A stretch of 62,915 nt of DNA, filler included, from Nemertoderma westbladi (Eukaryota > Animalia > Xenacoelomorpha), in assembly GCA_032718475.1 (NCBI GenBank). It is 3 parts of 3 records of this genome, joined end to end, with 100 filler letters (N's around TTAATTAATTAA, not from the genome) between each part and the next. Parts side by side here need not be neighbours in the genome. Positions count along the whole stretch, not along the records: positions 43,605 to 62,915 come from JAUCBJ010008637.1; 2 more parts are not named here. The stretch is one strand, 5' to 3'. The translations under genes were made by a program, and so were the position numbers. This document shows positions 50,225 through 62,915 of this stretch, piece after piece (the stretch's first letter is position 1; each line of letters starts with the position of its first letter). The notes beneath the pieces were generated by a model, which worked only from the letters and a program-made list of their open reading frames with translations, was not told where the DNA came from and did no database searches.

Positions 50225-51103
50225 TCAGTCGATTCCCTCAACGGCTACAACCGAATCGTCGGCCCTCATAGCAGCTGGTGACGAACGTCTGTTGGATAAT
50301 TCAACTACTTGATTGCGGCGGATAATCCATTTTTTTGCTGGCGCATTAACGCGTTTCTGTCGCAAAGCCTCACAAAGTTCATACTGTTCCTTCCGCTCAG
50401 CCGCAGTAAGATCTGGATTGACATAAACTGAACCATGACATAGCGAGTCCTTGAGCTTCTTGGAAGACTGCAGGAGCAGTCGCCGATTTTCCGGGCTGAG
50501 GGTAACCACGATCTTCCGAAGATGAGCATTTGAATTATCGGTTTGAGTTGACCCAATTCTTTCTTGATTTCTTTTGGCCCTCGAATAAGGGGCAATCCGT
50601 TTAGTATTAATGACATCAACTGTTGACAGCTCCACTCCTATTTCGAGTGCGATGTTGACAATTATTTCCTCGTCATTAAGATCAGAACTTGTTGGAACAC
50701 CACTTACGACGAGGTTATTTTTCTTCTCCTCTTGAAGTTTTACTTCATTCTGCAATTCTCTCGCATTGATTGAAACATTACTCGGCTGAACAACGCCGCC
50801 CGATTGTCTCTTTTTTCGCCGGGATATGACTGACGACCAGGAGATCGGATTATCCTCGTCGCCGTCGCCTGATATCGATTCCGTTATTATCGCTGTTTTG
50901 CTCCGCAGTTCGGCAATCTCTTTCCGGAGTGTTGCTGTTGTACCTGCGGCACAGATTCCGCAAAGAAACTCGCTGTTCTTTATAGTTTCCGCCGCCGCCG
51001 TCGACTTCATATACCTGATATCTGTCCAAATAACGTCACACTCTGTGCAACAGACCGACTGATTAGTCCAGCTGCTATTTTCTTTGGTGGGGGCTTTAGC
51101 CAT
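50225..51103 (-). CDS. LINE ORF1, 292 aa (degenerate PHD-like finger, coiled coil, RRM-like region)
   Basis: VCCTEC..FLCGIC, KKNNLVVSGVP, VYVNPDLT..ER; immediately upstream of ORF2. Confidence 0.88.
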   Translation of the reverse strand: MAKAPTKENSSWTNQSVCCTECDVIWTDIRYMKSTAAAETIKNSEFLCGICAAGTTATLRKEIAELRSKTAIITESISGDGDEDNPISWSSVISRRKKRQSGGVVQPSNVSINARELQNEVKLQEEKKNNLVVSGVPTSSDLNDEEIIVNIALEIGVELSTVDVINTKRIAPYSRAKRNQERIGSTQTDNSNAHLRKIVVTLSPENRRLLLQSSKKLKDSLCHGSVYVNPDLTAAERKEQYELCEALRQKRVNAPAKKWIIRRNQVVELSNRRSSPAAMRADDSVVAVEGID

Positions 51104-51269
51104 TGCACTCTACAATATTTTCTCGATATCGATACCGCCAAATAAATAATTCAGTGATATTCAATTCAAAGAAGTTTAGGCTGTTTGACTGTTTTTTTGT
51201 AGGCCTATGTTTTGGTCACTGCCAGTAGGTACCGGTACAGCAGTAAAGGCATACTGAAATACTGTATTT

Positions 51270-51659
51270 CAAAATTTGGTGCTGGCACCAAAATTTGGCA
51301 CCCGCCGAAAAAAACAAGTTTGAAATTTCTAAATTAATTTATATGAATTCCACCCAATTACTAAGACCAAAAAACCGATGTAAATCAAAAATAGAGATGC
51401 TACAAATCATATTTAATGAAATGTAATTTTCAAAAAACGTCTCAAAAAAAGAGCCAAAAGTAGGGTTAAAAAATGGTGCTATATCTCAAAAACTACCCAA
51501 TATTTTTGAAAACGGTTTTCACTACTAGGAAGACAATAGATTTTTAGGAAAAGTCATAAAATTTCAGATTCCCAACTGCGTTTGTTTCAGAATTATAATA
51601 AAAAAACCACGGGGGTTCATATTGACTGTTCCCCCCCCCTCCGGGTTTAATAGGGTTAA
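51270..51659. mobile_element. Probable non-autonomous DNA transposon end (..AATAGGG-TTAA, piggyBac-like)
   Basis: Terminus aatagggttaa preceded by G- and C-runs; other end not found. Confidence 0.3.
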
Positions 51660-52145
51660 CTTGATTTGTTTGTGTGTAATTTAATTAACCCCGGTAGACA
51701 ACGAGAATTAACTTGCAGAATCGGTGACTCAATTTATTTTTAAATTTCAGAATAAAAAGATTATATGCTAAATTATTAAACTGAAGATTTATTAATTTTT
51801 TATTATATTTATTAAGTATGTATGACTCATAACATATTAACGTTATTTTACTTTAAAATATACCCGTATAATATAACCAACCAATTTTATAACTTTACTT
51901 TAATGTCGCGTATATTTCGCTAATGTTTCTAATATTTAACTTTAATGTTTTACTAATGTTTAATTCTCTATTACATCGTCAACACAATTATTCGCAATAC
52001 ATCCGGATGTGGGTATACTGAGCAAAGGAGCCAGAGGAAGCCCTTGTAATTATAGATGTATAAAACTTTCTCTATAAACAGACCGAGCCATGTGGTTTAG
52101 TTAACAACATACATTTAGTAAAGCTCACAAAGGAACTGCGTGATT

Positions 52146-53283
52146 TGTGTTCGGACACTCCCCCCCCCCCCCGGACACTTCCCCCCCGGACAGTCCACCC
52201 CCCCCCCCGCTCAAGTAGGACACTTCCCCCCCGGACACTTCCCCCCGACTGTTCTTAACTTCGCACATTCGTATTTTTCATTTTGTAAGGTAAACGGACC
52301 GCTTGTATCCAGACAAGCTGTATCCAATTTTCCTTTCGTAGCTCAGAAAGTGATCTTTTGCATCCCGATTTTACATTTTATATCCAAGTTTTATTTATGG
52401 GTTTTATCAATGCAATTACATCGTATTGTTTGCTAATCTTTAAACAATTAATTATATTAGATGACCTATAAATTCCATCCCCGGAATGATATACTGTTTT
52501 TATTAACTATAGAAGTATAATAATTAATTGTTTTAATTATATTTGTTTTTATTAATTATTTATATTTTTAATGCGTCGACCTGTATTCTGTGTTCAGCAT
52601 TACATATTGATATACATATTACTACTATACATACTATATAGATATTATACACACTACATATTAAATTTCCTGGTTACTTGCAATATTTTTATTACGATTT
52701 TGTTGAATTATATAATATTGTAGTAATTTATATATTAAATTGGTTAACATTCAATACAGCTCCTACTTTAGGCTTAGTCAATTTATTATCTGATGATACA
52801 AACATGAATTAATTATTTCAAAATGGTCTTAAGTCTTTCACCTCGGGCACTCAGGGAAATGCCGGGGTCTGGGGGCGATAACCTCCAAGAAAAGAAGCGG
52901 GGGTTTGGGGGCGGCAGCCCCCAAGCAACGAAGCAGGGGTTTGGGGGCGGCAGCCCCCAATAAAAGAAGCGGGGGTTTGGGGGCGGTAGCCCCCAACAAA
53001 AGAAGCGGGGGTTTGGGGGCGGCAGCCCCCAATTAAAAGAAATTAAAATGATTAAAGGAATTAAAAGAAAAACAAACAAAATTTGACTACAAAAATGTTT
53101 CTTTTATAATTTTGAAAAAACTTGTCTAGATACAACTTGTCCTGTAACCATCTTTAACTTTTGTTTATTGCTTTGATGCACCCAGATTAATTTTAACACA
53201 CAGTGTCCGGGGGGGAAGTGTCCGGGGGGGATGTGTCCTACTTGGGCGGGGGGAAGTGTCCGGGGGGGAAGTGTCCTAGATCC
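52146..53283. mobile_element. Non-autonomous TIR element (Mutator- or hAT-like) with repetitive TIRs
   Basis: ggacacttccccccc repeats mirrored by gggggaagtgtcc; TSD GCGTGATT at 52138-52145 and 53284-53291; internal 36-bp repeat at 52850-53035. Confidence 0.85.
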
Positions 53284-54279
53284 GCGTGATTGACATGTCT
53301 TTTCTGAGACACAGCGCAAGCCGGCCTGCCCAGCTTATGTAATTCAACCTATTAACTCAAGAGCCCAAGCAGCCGACAGAGGCCCCTTCCGCATGTGGTG
53401 CCTCACTCTAACAGAGTAATTATCCATCCCGTACAGGAACAGTAATGCTGAGTATACAGTTGCAGGTCAACCTAACTCAAACCATGGCGCCAGACTCAAG
53501 TTTGAGTTAGATTGAGCTGGCTGCATCTTTCTGATTTCTTAACTCTTACCCCAGTCTTACCTACTGAAATTCTCCGTTGACTATCATTAGTATACGGTTT
53601 GAGAAATGATCAGAATGAGATAGGGACTGTATGTAGTATTCTAATTATTCAATAACTTAGCATCATGCGCAATATGTTATGCACTTTGTAATACGTTAAA
53701 ACATAATTACCATATTTATGTAAACCTTTATAATTTAGGAATAACAATCTCCTTTCAAAATGTTAAATAATTGATCATATTGTAAAATAAAAATTATAAT
53801 AAAGGGATCTTTAGAAAAAAAACCAACCAATTTTTACATAATACATAATTTGTAGACTTAGTTATTCTAAAAAAATTTCAATTAAAAATATAATACAAAG
53901 ACATTTATTACTTTCATTGATCCCCATCGACGGTTAGGGCTATATTAATAGTGCAAGTGAAGGATGTGAGATCTACATACGTATATTTGTACTAACCGAT
54001 TTATTATAAACTATTTCTACGTCTATTCTACTGTAGTATAAATATATACAAAAGAAGACTGCAACAGGTATATTATGTGGGCATATCAACCGGAGTTACA
54101 GTAGGAATATTGCTGGGAACTTACATTAACAGTAAGATACAGTAGGCTATACTGGAATTTACTTATTTTCTACTATAAGAGTAAATTAATTGTACAGCTG
54201 GAATCCCCATACCCTATATTCCAATCTTTGTAGTTCCCAAAATGTCACAGCCGATTTATATACAATCGTGAGTATTGGT

Positions 54280-55159
54280 TTTGTGAAATATGGCCATTTG
54301 GATGTTTAAGAACCAATTTTTTAACTGATACCCTTTGCGTATCACAAAATATTTGATTCCCAAAATATAGCCTGAACATACTAAAACCCCATAAATTTTT
54401 CAAAAACAATAATTTTGTGCAAACATTTTCATAGTTTTAAATCCATTCCATACTTTACATACCATACAGACTTTCTTTGTAATTCATCGGGATCTTTGAG
54501 CCAGCTTTGTTGTGAAAACGGACATTTCGTGACTTTTCCTAAAACTTAATGTGCTGTCCAACAGAGCAAATGACAATCATACGGTTATGTTAGTTTTCGT
54601 ACTGTGATCTCTTTATGGGACCAATCTCCACTATTTTTCGTTCTAAAATTTTCAAAAGTTTCGTCTCAAAGGCTCATCACGAATATGACACTCTTAAATA
54701 TCGTATTATCCAACCAAATTCGATTTTTGCCGTTTGAAATTTTATATGCTTCGAGTTTTTTTCGTCCCAAGAGACAAGCACCAAAAATGATAGTTGCATT
54801 ACCACGAGAAATTTATAACTAGTTTCATCGTGATCAGCGACCTCGAATACCCGTATACGTTCAGAATTATCAAACCAAACACAAAAACTTTCACTTTGAC
54901 CTCTTTTACTTGTAGTTTTCGTCCTGGGGGACAAAATTAGCACCAAAAATAATGGTTACAATGTTAGAAAATATATTTAACAAGTTTTATCGTCATCTCG
55001 AAAATCCTTATACCATCAAAATTATATTTTTTCAGCCATGATCTAAAACATTTTTAAAATGACCCCCCCCCCCTGGGGAGGGGGGGGGGGGGGGTGCAAT
55101 TAAAAAGTAAAAAAAACTTTATAAATAAAAAAAGATAGATTTGGTGTAGGTCCCTTTAA
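54280..55159. mobile_element. Possible Kolobok-like non-autonomous element, one end only
   Basis: Right end gatttggtgtaggtccct-TTAA; left end not identified. Confidence 0.3.
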
Positions 55160-55377
55160 GTTGGGTATAATGTAGCCAACTGCTTCACTGGCATAATGGT
55201 TTACTTTGGACCCGACCTCGCCATCTGGGCATGATGTCCCCCATATAAAGTATAATCGACAGTATAGATGCCTTTTCAACCCTTTTCAAAAGTTGACTAA
55301 TACATTACATTACTATTTTAATAATTAGCAGTCAACATATTCCATTTTACTTTCCTTAATACTTTAGGACCATTGCG

Positions 55378-55557
55378 ATGAAACTTCTGGGGATCATCAC
55401 AGTTGTGCTTCTGTGCCCTCACTTGGCAAAATCGGCTATCAAAAAATCCGAAAAACAAGCTATACTCAGCTCCCACAATAACTACAGGTCCACTCTCTCT
55501 GGTACCATCGCTGATGGCACACCCCTGCCCCAACCGATCACACCCCTACCATCTTTG
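55378..55557 (+). CDS. Exon 1 of a secreted CAP/SCP (PI16/GLIPR/CRISP-like) protein; later exons not found in the window
   Basis: Signal peptide, EKQAILSSHNNYRS motif, phase-0 donor TTG/GTGAGT at 55558; TATA-like catataaag near 55243. Confidence 0.8.
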
Positions 55558-55734
55558 GTGAGTTGCAAATTAGGATTAATATTGAAAAAATTGTAAGCGT
55601 GGTCCAAATCGCGATAACAAAACATAATTTTATGATAAATTTTTAATTTAATTTAATTTCGTACACCAAATATTCAGATGGGTACACAAAGCACAATAGG
55701 TTAATAATACAAGCACTATTATAAAATAATATGA

Positions 55735-56010
55735 TATGTGGGGCGAGCCACGAAGTGAGTGAGCCTTAGCGTAGTGGTACCATTAATCAACCTGTCGTTC
55801 TGTCGTTCTGTCGTTCTGTCGTTCTGTCGTTCTGTCGTTCTGTCGTGTTCAATTTTAAACGTTAATAACTCGGCCAATCTTTGATGAAATCTATCCAAAC
55901 TTGGTACACATGTTGTTTGGCAAAAGTTTAGAAATTTTCCAAGTAGAATTTCCGTGTGGCCTTCGAGAAGCTAAGATAATAGCAGTTAATTAGTTAATTA
56001 AGTTGATTGC
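55735..56010 (+). mobile_element. Partial copy of the Helentron/DINE-1-like repeat with (ctgtcgtt)n
   Basis: Reverse complement of 21540-21813. Confidence 0.55.
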
Positions 56011-56823
56011 GGTGAAAACGCCATTTTCAACCTGCCTTTTAAAGGAAATTAATTGTTTTACAGTATAAGATTTAAATAATTATACTTAAAAATTATACAG
56101 ATATAATCCCCATACGCCATTCTATTATAGTTTTTAATTAGTTTAAGTGATTTGCTTTAATAAATGTGTCTTTAATTGATCTAAACGTAATTAAACCGCA
56201 CAATTATTGAGTACAAATTTAATCCTTCCCATTATTGGTCAAGTCTCTGCTGGTGTGGAGCTAGCTGCTGGGAGTTGTGGCTGTAGACTAACCTGAGAGG
56301 AATTGTAATAGAGGCAACCAGTATTGCTATTCCAGCCCAATCACTGAATTGTGTTTATTATAGGCTGGACGGGCCGCATAACCGTTCGACTATTACTACT
56401 ATTGCTATCTCAGTTAAATGACAGATATAATAACATAAATACAATCCATGGCATGGCTGTTGTAGGCTTCTGAAATAGTTTATTCCACAATGTATATGTC
56501 TGGTTATTTTTTAATTGAATTTTTGCAAAGTAGTAAAATTAATGTTCTTAAAAATAATATTATTATTTTATTATAAAATAATAATATTATTTTTAAGAAC
56601 ATTTTACATATAAAATTTTTATATGTAACCTAGGAAATTAGCTACATTTTTTCGCTGCAGCTTTAAGAGTGTACATTGATTTAATATTATTTCAATACCC
56701 ATATTACTACATCGGCATAAGATGCGTTGGCGTTGTATCACACATCTCCACATATCACACATCTCCACATAGATGTATCAACAGTTACTCGCACAGTTTC
56801 GAAACTTCGCATAGTTATAACTG

Positions 56824-57113
56824 TATAAAGATCGTCAGTCTGCGTTTAGGAAAAATATTTTATGACAAAACAGGACAAGCGACGAGCGCAACGAGGCATA
56901 TAATGAAGACGAGTACTGCGTTGACTAAATTATTATATAAACCACCTGGCTTCACATATTGATCGCATCCCTAGTTATTATTATTATAAAGATCGTCCTA
57001 GCCTGCGTTTAAGAAATATATTTAAATACAAAACAGGACGAACGCAAAGAGGCTTATAATGAAAACGAGTACTGCGTTTATTATATTCCTATAAACCACC
57101 TGGCTTTGCATAT
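56824..57113. repeat. Diverged tandem duplication, ~160-bp period
   Basis: tataaagatcgtc, acgagtactgcgtt and tataaaccacctggctt each occur twice. Confidence 0.85.
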
Positions 57114-57395
57114 TTAACGTGCGATTGGAAATAAGTTCGTGCTACCCTTCCGTGGGTGGTAGATGTCGCGGTTATGTATTGGTGGTTGGGAAGGGTGGGG
57201 GGGGGGGGGAGATTAAAAGGGGTGAACACGTACTGTCCACCTTTCTTTGATTGATTGGTGGTGTGGGTAAATTTCTCAAAACCTGATTTTGTGATACAGT
57301 CGCTGCATTTTAATTTGTATATAATAACTAGGCCTCGTGCTGCGCGAAGTCCCCACGAACGTGTCTAAGTACTGCAGATCTAAGAAGGTAATTAA

Positions 57396-59510
57396 TTATG
57401 ATGAGGATACACTATTTAAAATATTACTCAATTCCTGGCGGGTAAAGCCATCTACAATACCTCCGTTGTTTAGGCACCAAATAATTTCCCTACAAAAATT
57501 AACTCGCCACTTATCTTCGTTCAGTAACGGTACATAAGTAAGATTAGATACCGCACGAGATGTCAGCAATTCAAGATTAAATATGTTACACATGTTTCCT
57601 ATTTCTCGTAAATTTCTCCCAGACCGGGTACGACAATCAACTAAACATATATTAGCAAGAAAACGAATGCACATTTTGTTAGACCTACGTAATGATAAAC
57701 AAAATGAAACGAAGCGAGAGTAAGCATAATACACGGGTGTTTAAACTGCACTAGGTTTTCAACAATATATCGATGAGAATTAAATGGTAATCCAAAAATC
57801 ATTCTAACATTTACATTCCAGGTGCTAAAAATTCTTATACATGTTGGCGAAAGAAGGTTCCACAGGTTACTACCTGTGAAACTAGAAACTAGTGCAATAA
57901 CTACGTTGTACATTGCAAAGCACAAACGGGTCCGAAAAATATAGTTCCTGCCTTAAGGCATTCAATTTGCCTATAAACTGCCCTCGTTTACGCACGATAT
58001 CAGATTCCATTGAGTTTTTAAAGTCAAGAAGGTTACCGAGATGCAGCGCCTCCTTAACCCATGGAAGAGGCGAACCGTTCAACTTAATTGTCGCTAAAGG
58101 CTTAACCCAGACCCGCCCGAAAGCTATACACTTTGACTTGGACTTGTCCGGATTCGGATTCGTGCTGAATATTAACTTGTTTTCCGATGCAAACTCTTCG
58201 CACAATTTAACCATATGCTGAAGGCCTACGATGGACGGACATAGCAAAAATAGGTCAACGGCATAACCAACCGCCCCAAAATATACAGACCCCACGAAGC
58301 AACCTACTTTGGAATTTCTTAATTTCCTAAACAGCTTATCAAGTAAGATACAGAATAAGATTGGCGAGGCAACAGACCCTTGGCGTACCCCATTGGACGA
58401 TGTAAAAGACTCGGAATGCGTATTATTCCATCGCACTACACAAGATTGATTATTGTAGATAAATAACAGAGACCGGATGTAAAACGGAGAAAACCCCTTC
58501 TTTAAGAGCTCAAGGAACAGCTTGCACCATTCCACCATATCAAATGCTTTAGAAAGATCAAGCAAACAGCCAAACACTGGAGTTGCATTTCTGGAATAGA
58601 AACTAATTACCTCAGTTGCAGCCCAAGTACACTGAGTGGTACTAGATCCCCGTTGAAACCCAAACTGTAACTCATCTAATTTTAAACAATCAGCCTGTGC
58701 GAGTAGCATCACCCATTCAAACAATTTAATCAGGAGAGACGACAAAGCGATGGCCCTATAATTTCCGGATACTGTATCATCGCCCAACTTATCCTTGATC
58801 AATGGAATGATAACACAATTCAAAAGAAATTGCGGAACGAATCCGTGAGTCAAAAAGGAATTAAATAGATTACTGAGATGAAAACAAAGTTCAGGAGGAC
58901 CATGGATTAGACAGTCAGAATCAAAGCCAAAAGTCACATCTGTTTTAGAACTTTTTAGTCTGTGGAGACCCTCAGCAACTAAATCCGGAGAAACCCGAGG
59001 AACATCGTCCAGAGTACAATTTACCAACTTGGCATCAATTAGTGCCTTCAATGCTTCTAAATCTGAATTGTATGGCTGATTATACAAAGATGAATAGATT
59101 CCCGCAAATCGATCGGCGATAGACTGCGGGTCTGTACAACCATCGATCGATGAACTAACATTATTCGATGAGAAACGGAGATTCCTTATTTCCTTAAAGA
59201 TGTCAGTATTATTCAACAAGCAGGCCTCAATTAATTTATCCCTTCGCACATTATCAGCTGAGCGTTTCACCCGGCGAACAGCATATTTATACTGAGCGCG
59301 AGAGACCCTTCGCATATGATATAAGTGGCTATTTTGTGATACATTAGGGCAACCCGCCGAGACCCACAAGGAATGCCAAAACATAGCATCATGTCTGAAC
59401 GGTTTCACCCGTTCAGACCACCCGGGGATAATAGGATGATTAAAGGGGGATCCCCTACTTCCATTACTACGATGTAAAATATTACTGCTACACTGGTCAA
59501 TAGCTTCCAA
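57396..59510 (-). mobile_element. CR1/L2-group LINE ORF2 (RT and C-terminus), 5'-truncated, inactive
   Basis: IPGWSERVKP, NYRAIAL, QFGFQ, LDLSKAFD, GVRQGSVASP, YAVD in place of YADD, frameshifts near 57920 and 57735. Confidence 0.92.
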
Positions 59511-60169
59511 TATATCTAAGGCATTAATATTATAATAATCTTAAATCATAAATTAAAAAGATGTGCACCAAAAATAACAAAATTAATACCGCCACCACAC
59601 AAAAATCATCGGGCCTACCACCAAAGCACCAGAAGGATATGTTGGAGCTCAGAGGCAAGGGATCAGTACCGATCAGGAAGGTCAGACCCCCGCAGACCGG
59701 CACCGTCCCCAAATCCGAGCGCCCTCCATGGCCGCCTACCACCACGCAGGCACAGGGAGCTAATTTTATCAGGACATAATTTTATGTCATTGAATTCTAT
59801 AGTCAAAAAAATTTATATAAAAACTTTATATTTTTAAATTTTATACTTTTCATGAAAAATTTTCATTTTAATTGGGTAACGCGCGCGTACTGCCACTAGA
59901 GTATCTCTCTGTTAGTTGAAACAAAATTGCAACATAATTGAAACATATTAGGAGCCACGTAATGGTGTCCTACCTGCAATGCTATGTATGCCAGTGAAAT
60001 AAATTTGAAACAAATTAGGTTTTTGTGCAGTGATGTTTACGATATTATAATTAAATTCTTGTAAAAAAGGTTTTGGCGAAAACTGTCCCTGTTTTCCGTT
60101 TTTGCAAATTTCTGGTCCGGCATGATTGCTCCGAGAATGTTTGCCGTGGAGTCTGAATAACGTAGAAAA

Positions 60170-61520
60170 AGTAGGGGTGGGTGTGTTTGTTAGGTTCGGG
60201 CGGTCGGTGCGGGTAAATAGGGTGTGGGAGGGAGGGAGAGTGGGTAGGGGTAGGTGAGTGCGGGTAATTAGGTGTGTAGGGGTAGGGGAGGTTGGGTGCG
60301 GTTAAGTAGACGTGCTTAGGTTGGTGGGTGGGTGCGGTTAAGTAGACGTGCTTAGGAGGGTGGGTGGGTGCGGTTAAGTAGGTGTGCTTAGGTCGGTTGG
60401 GTGGTAGGGTGCGGTTAAGTCGATGTGCTTAGGTGCGTGGGTGGGTGTTTGCGGTTAAGTACACGTGCGGTTAAGTAGACGTGCGTAGGTTGGTGGGTGG
60501 GTGCGGTTAAGTAGACGTGCTTAGGAGGGTGGGTGGGTGCGGTTAATTAGGTGTGCTTAGCTGGGTGGGTGGGTGCGGTTAAGTCGATGTGCTTAGGTGG
60601 GTGCGTGGGTGTTTGCGGTTAAGTACACGTGCTTAGGTGGGTGGGTGGGTGTGGTTACGTAGACGTGCTTAGGAGGGTGGGTGGGTGCGGTTAAGTAGAC
60701 GTGCTTATATAGGTGGGTGGGTGCGGTTAAGTAGGTGTGCTTAGGTGGGTCGGTGGGTGCGGTTAAGTAGACGTTCTTATGTAGGCGAGTGGGTGCGGTT
60801 AAGTAGGTGTGCTTAGGTGGGTGGGTGGGTGCGGTTAAGTAGACCTCCTTAGGAGGGTGGGTGGGTGCGGTTAAGTAGGTGTGCTTAGGTGGGTGGGTGG
60901 GTGTGGGTAAGTATACGTGCTTAGGTGGGTGGGTGGGTGCGGTTAAGTACACGTGCTTAGGTGGGTGGGTGGGTGCTTTTAAGTAGACGTGTTTAGGTGG
61001 GTGGGTGGGTGCGGGTAAGTAGACGTGCTTAGGTGTGTGGGTGGGTGTGGTTAATTAGTCGTGCTTATGTAGGTGGATGGGTGCGGTTAAGTAGACGTGC
61101 TTAGGAGGGTGGGTGGGTGCGGTTAAGTAGTTATGCTTAGGTGGGTGGGTGGGTGCGGTTAAATAGGTGTGCTTAGGTGGGTGGGAGGGTGTGGTTAAGT
61201 CGATGTGATTAGGTGGGAGGGTGGCTGGGTGTGGTTAACTAGACGTTTTTTGGTTGGTGGGTGGGTGCGGTTAAGTAGACGTGCTTAGGAGGGTGGGTGG
61301 GTGCAGTTAAGTAGATGTGCTTAGGTAGGTGGGTGGGTGTGGGTATACGTGCTTAGGTGGGTGCGGTTAAGTAGGTGTGCTTACGTGGGTGGGTGCAGTT
61401 AAATCGACGTGCTTAGATGGGTGGGAGGGTACGTGTAAGTAGGTATGTAGGAATGGGTGTATGTATTGTTAAGTACAGTAGGTGTGTAATGATAGGTGGG
61501 TGGGGGGTGGGGGGTGGGGG
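60170..61520. repeat. G-rich ~39-bp minisatellite (gcggttaagtagacgtgcttaggtgggtgggtgggt), ~30 copies
   Basis: Directly visible. Confidence 0.95.
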
Positions 61521-62000
61521 TAAGTTTAGCAACTATTAAGTAGTATTACCACTTCTCAATAAGGTAGACAGCTGTATGTTTACAATATAGAAGGGTCGTA
61601 AAATAGAGGCGTCCCATTGGATGCTATTTATAGATCCCCTTTTTTACCCTCTCCCCCCTTTTCTTACGCGCTCTTACCCCCAGCACAGAGAAGATCTCCC
61701 CCCAGCTCGCGCGCAGGAACAGCGGTGATGTACTCTGAAAAGGTGACAGGATATGTCAGGTGGCTGTCAGCTTGATTATTCCTCAAGCTGCCTCTTGCTT
61801 TGGAAATGGAGGAATATGGCTCTGGTGTTAATTCCAAATGCTTTTACAGGATTGTACAAGGTACTGTAGCTTATGTACCGATAATGTCTGTTCGCGCTTT
61901 TGAAGACCTTTAGCAGTTTAACCTGCCAAAATTTATATGTCTTTTAGTTAATTGAAACACCTTTAGCATACGACAATATTTTATGCTAATAAACAAAACA

Positions 62001-62915
62001 TTAGCCGAAGCCAGCCCATGCGCGATCATTCACCCGATGGATACACCCGGGAGGCTGAATTCGGATGCTTAAATTTTATTATTGCAGTGTAAGGTTGCAG
62101 TGTAAACCTACTGTATTATTCGATTGATCGTTAATAATTAATTTCTGACAGATATTATTGGCTTTCGGGAAATATTAACAGTTCCTTTAGGACGTGGCGC
62201 TCTATCTATTTAAACAGAGCTAGGACTTATACCAAACGCAACGATACTGCTTATGATTAAAGTATAAGTCGCATTCTTTAGGAAATGCTTTGTTACCAAT
62301 CACAATCATGCACACTATTCTGCCGACCGTCAGTAAATTTGATCACACATAAAGAGAGCAGCAATTGACTCATGTAGGGTCTGCTAAATAACATTAGATT
62401 CAATACACACCACATTGATATAAATCGCAATTGTTATATATAGCCTGTCTCTCTAACCTGTAGTGTATCAAGAAAATTGGGAAATTTGGGTGATTTATCC
62501 GTATTCTCCAAAGGGCAATATTTCATCAACAAATAGATACAATTAATAACTGACGGTAAATAACAGTACAAACAATATGATTAGTGCAGTTAAATTAAGT
62601 GAGTGAGACTAGTAGGATAACAGTTATACTTTCGATAATTTAAGCAGTTTTACTAGAGTTCTTCCCAAAAGCCGGTGGTCTGGCGAAAAATGGGAACACA
62701 ACAACAGAATCATATAAAGAATCATATGACTACATGACTATACGAGGATACCAACTACCCTTATTCCCCGAAGCTCCAGTCCAACACAGAGGATGAGCAT
62801 ACAGATAGGAAATTCAGTTCAGTAGCTCTGGGATAGGTCAAAATCAACGCCCACTCAAATTCTATTGGCCGATACGGACAGCAGGGCTGAGGCAACCTCC
62901 CTAAGCTGGTTGGCC
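62001..62915 (-). repeat. Inverted copy of the repeat at 46083-47012, running off the window end
   Basis: See partner feature. Confidence 0.9.

Noticed and set aside
60593-60952. 119-aa PTHPPKH repeat protein
   Set aside because: Translation of the 39-bp minisatellite

Overview
AT-rich, repeat-dense eukaryotic (most likely invertebrate animal) nuclear DNA in three segments joined by artificial 100-nt linkers (N44-TTAATTAATTAA-N44 at 26561-26660 and 43505-43604), so adjacency across the gaps is unproven. Host genes: an intronless vitamin K epoxide reductase (VKOR) lacking its loop cysteines, a two-exon RTN4IP1, and exon 1 of a secreted CAP/SCP protein. Most of the rest is mobile DNA: two RTE-like LINEs, three CR1/L2-group LINEs, two BEL/Pao LTR retrotransposons, a probable CRE-like LINE 5' end, MITEs, an 8-kb satellite and several minisatellites. 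The most unusual object is the 12.2-kb minus-strand BEL/Pao element (7038-19253). It carries (i) an extra, still-open 547-aa ORF resembling a WRN/EXD-type DEDDy 3'-5' exonuclease, (ii) two tandem long hairpins with compensatory substitutions whose 9-nt loops display different palindromic hexamers (GCUAGC, ACUAGU), like retroviral kissing-loop dimerisation sites, (iii) a bulged-A, GNRA-type stem-loop repeated at least 11 times through gag, pol, ORF2 and the LTRs, and (iv) arrays of UUCG hairpins in the LTRs. All family calls come from motif recognition by eye, not from database searches.
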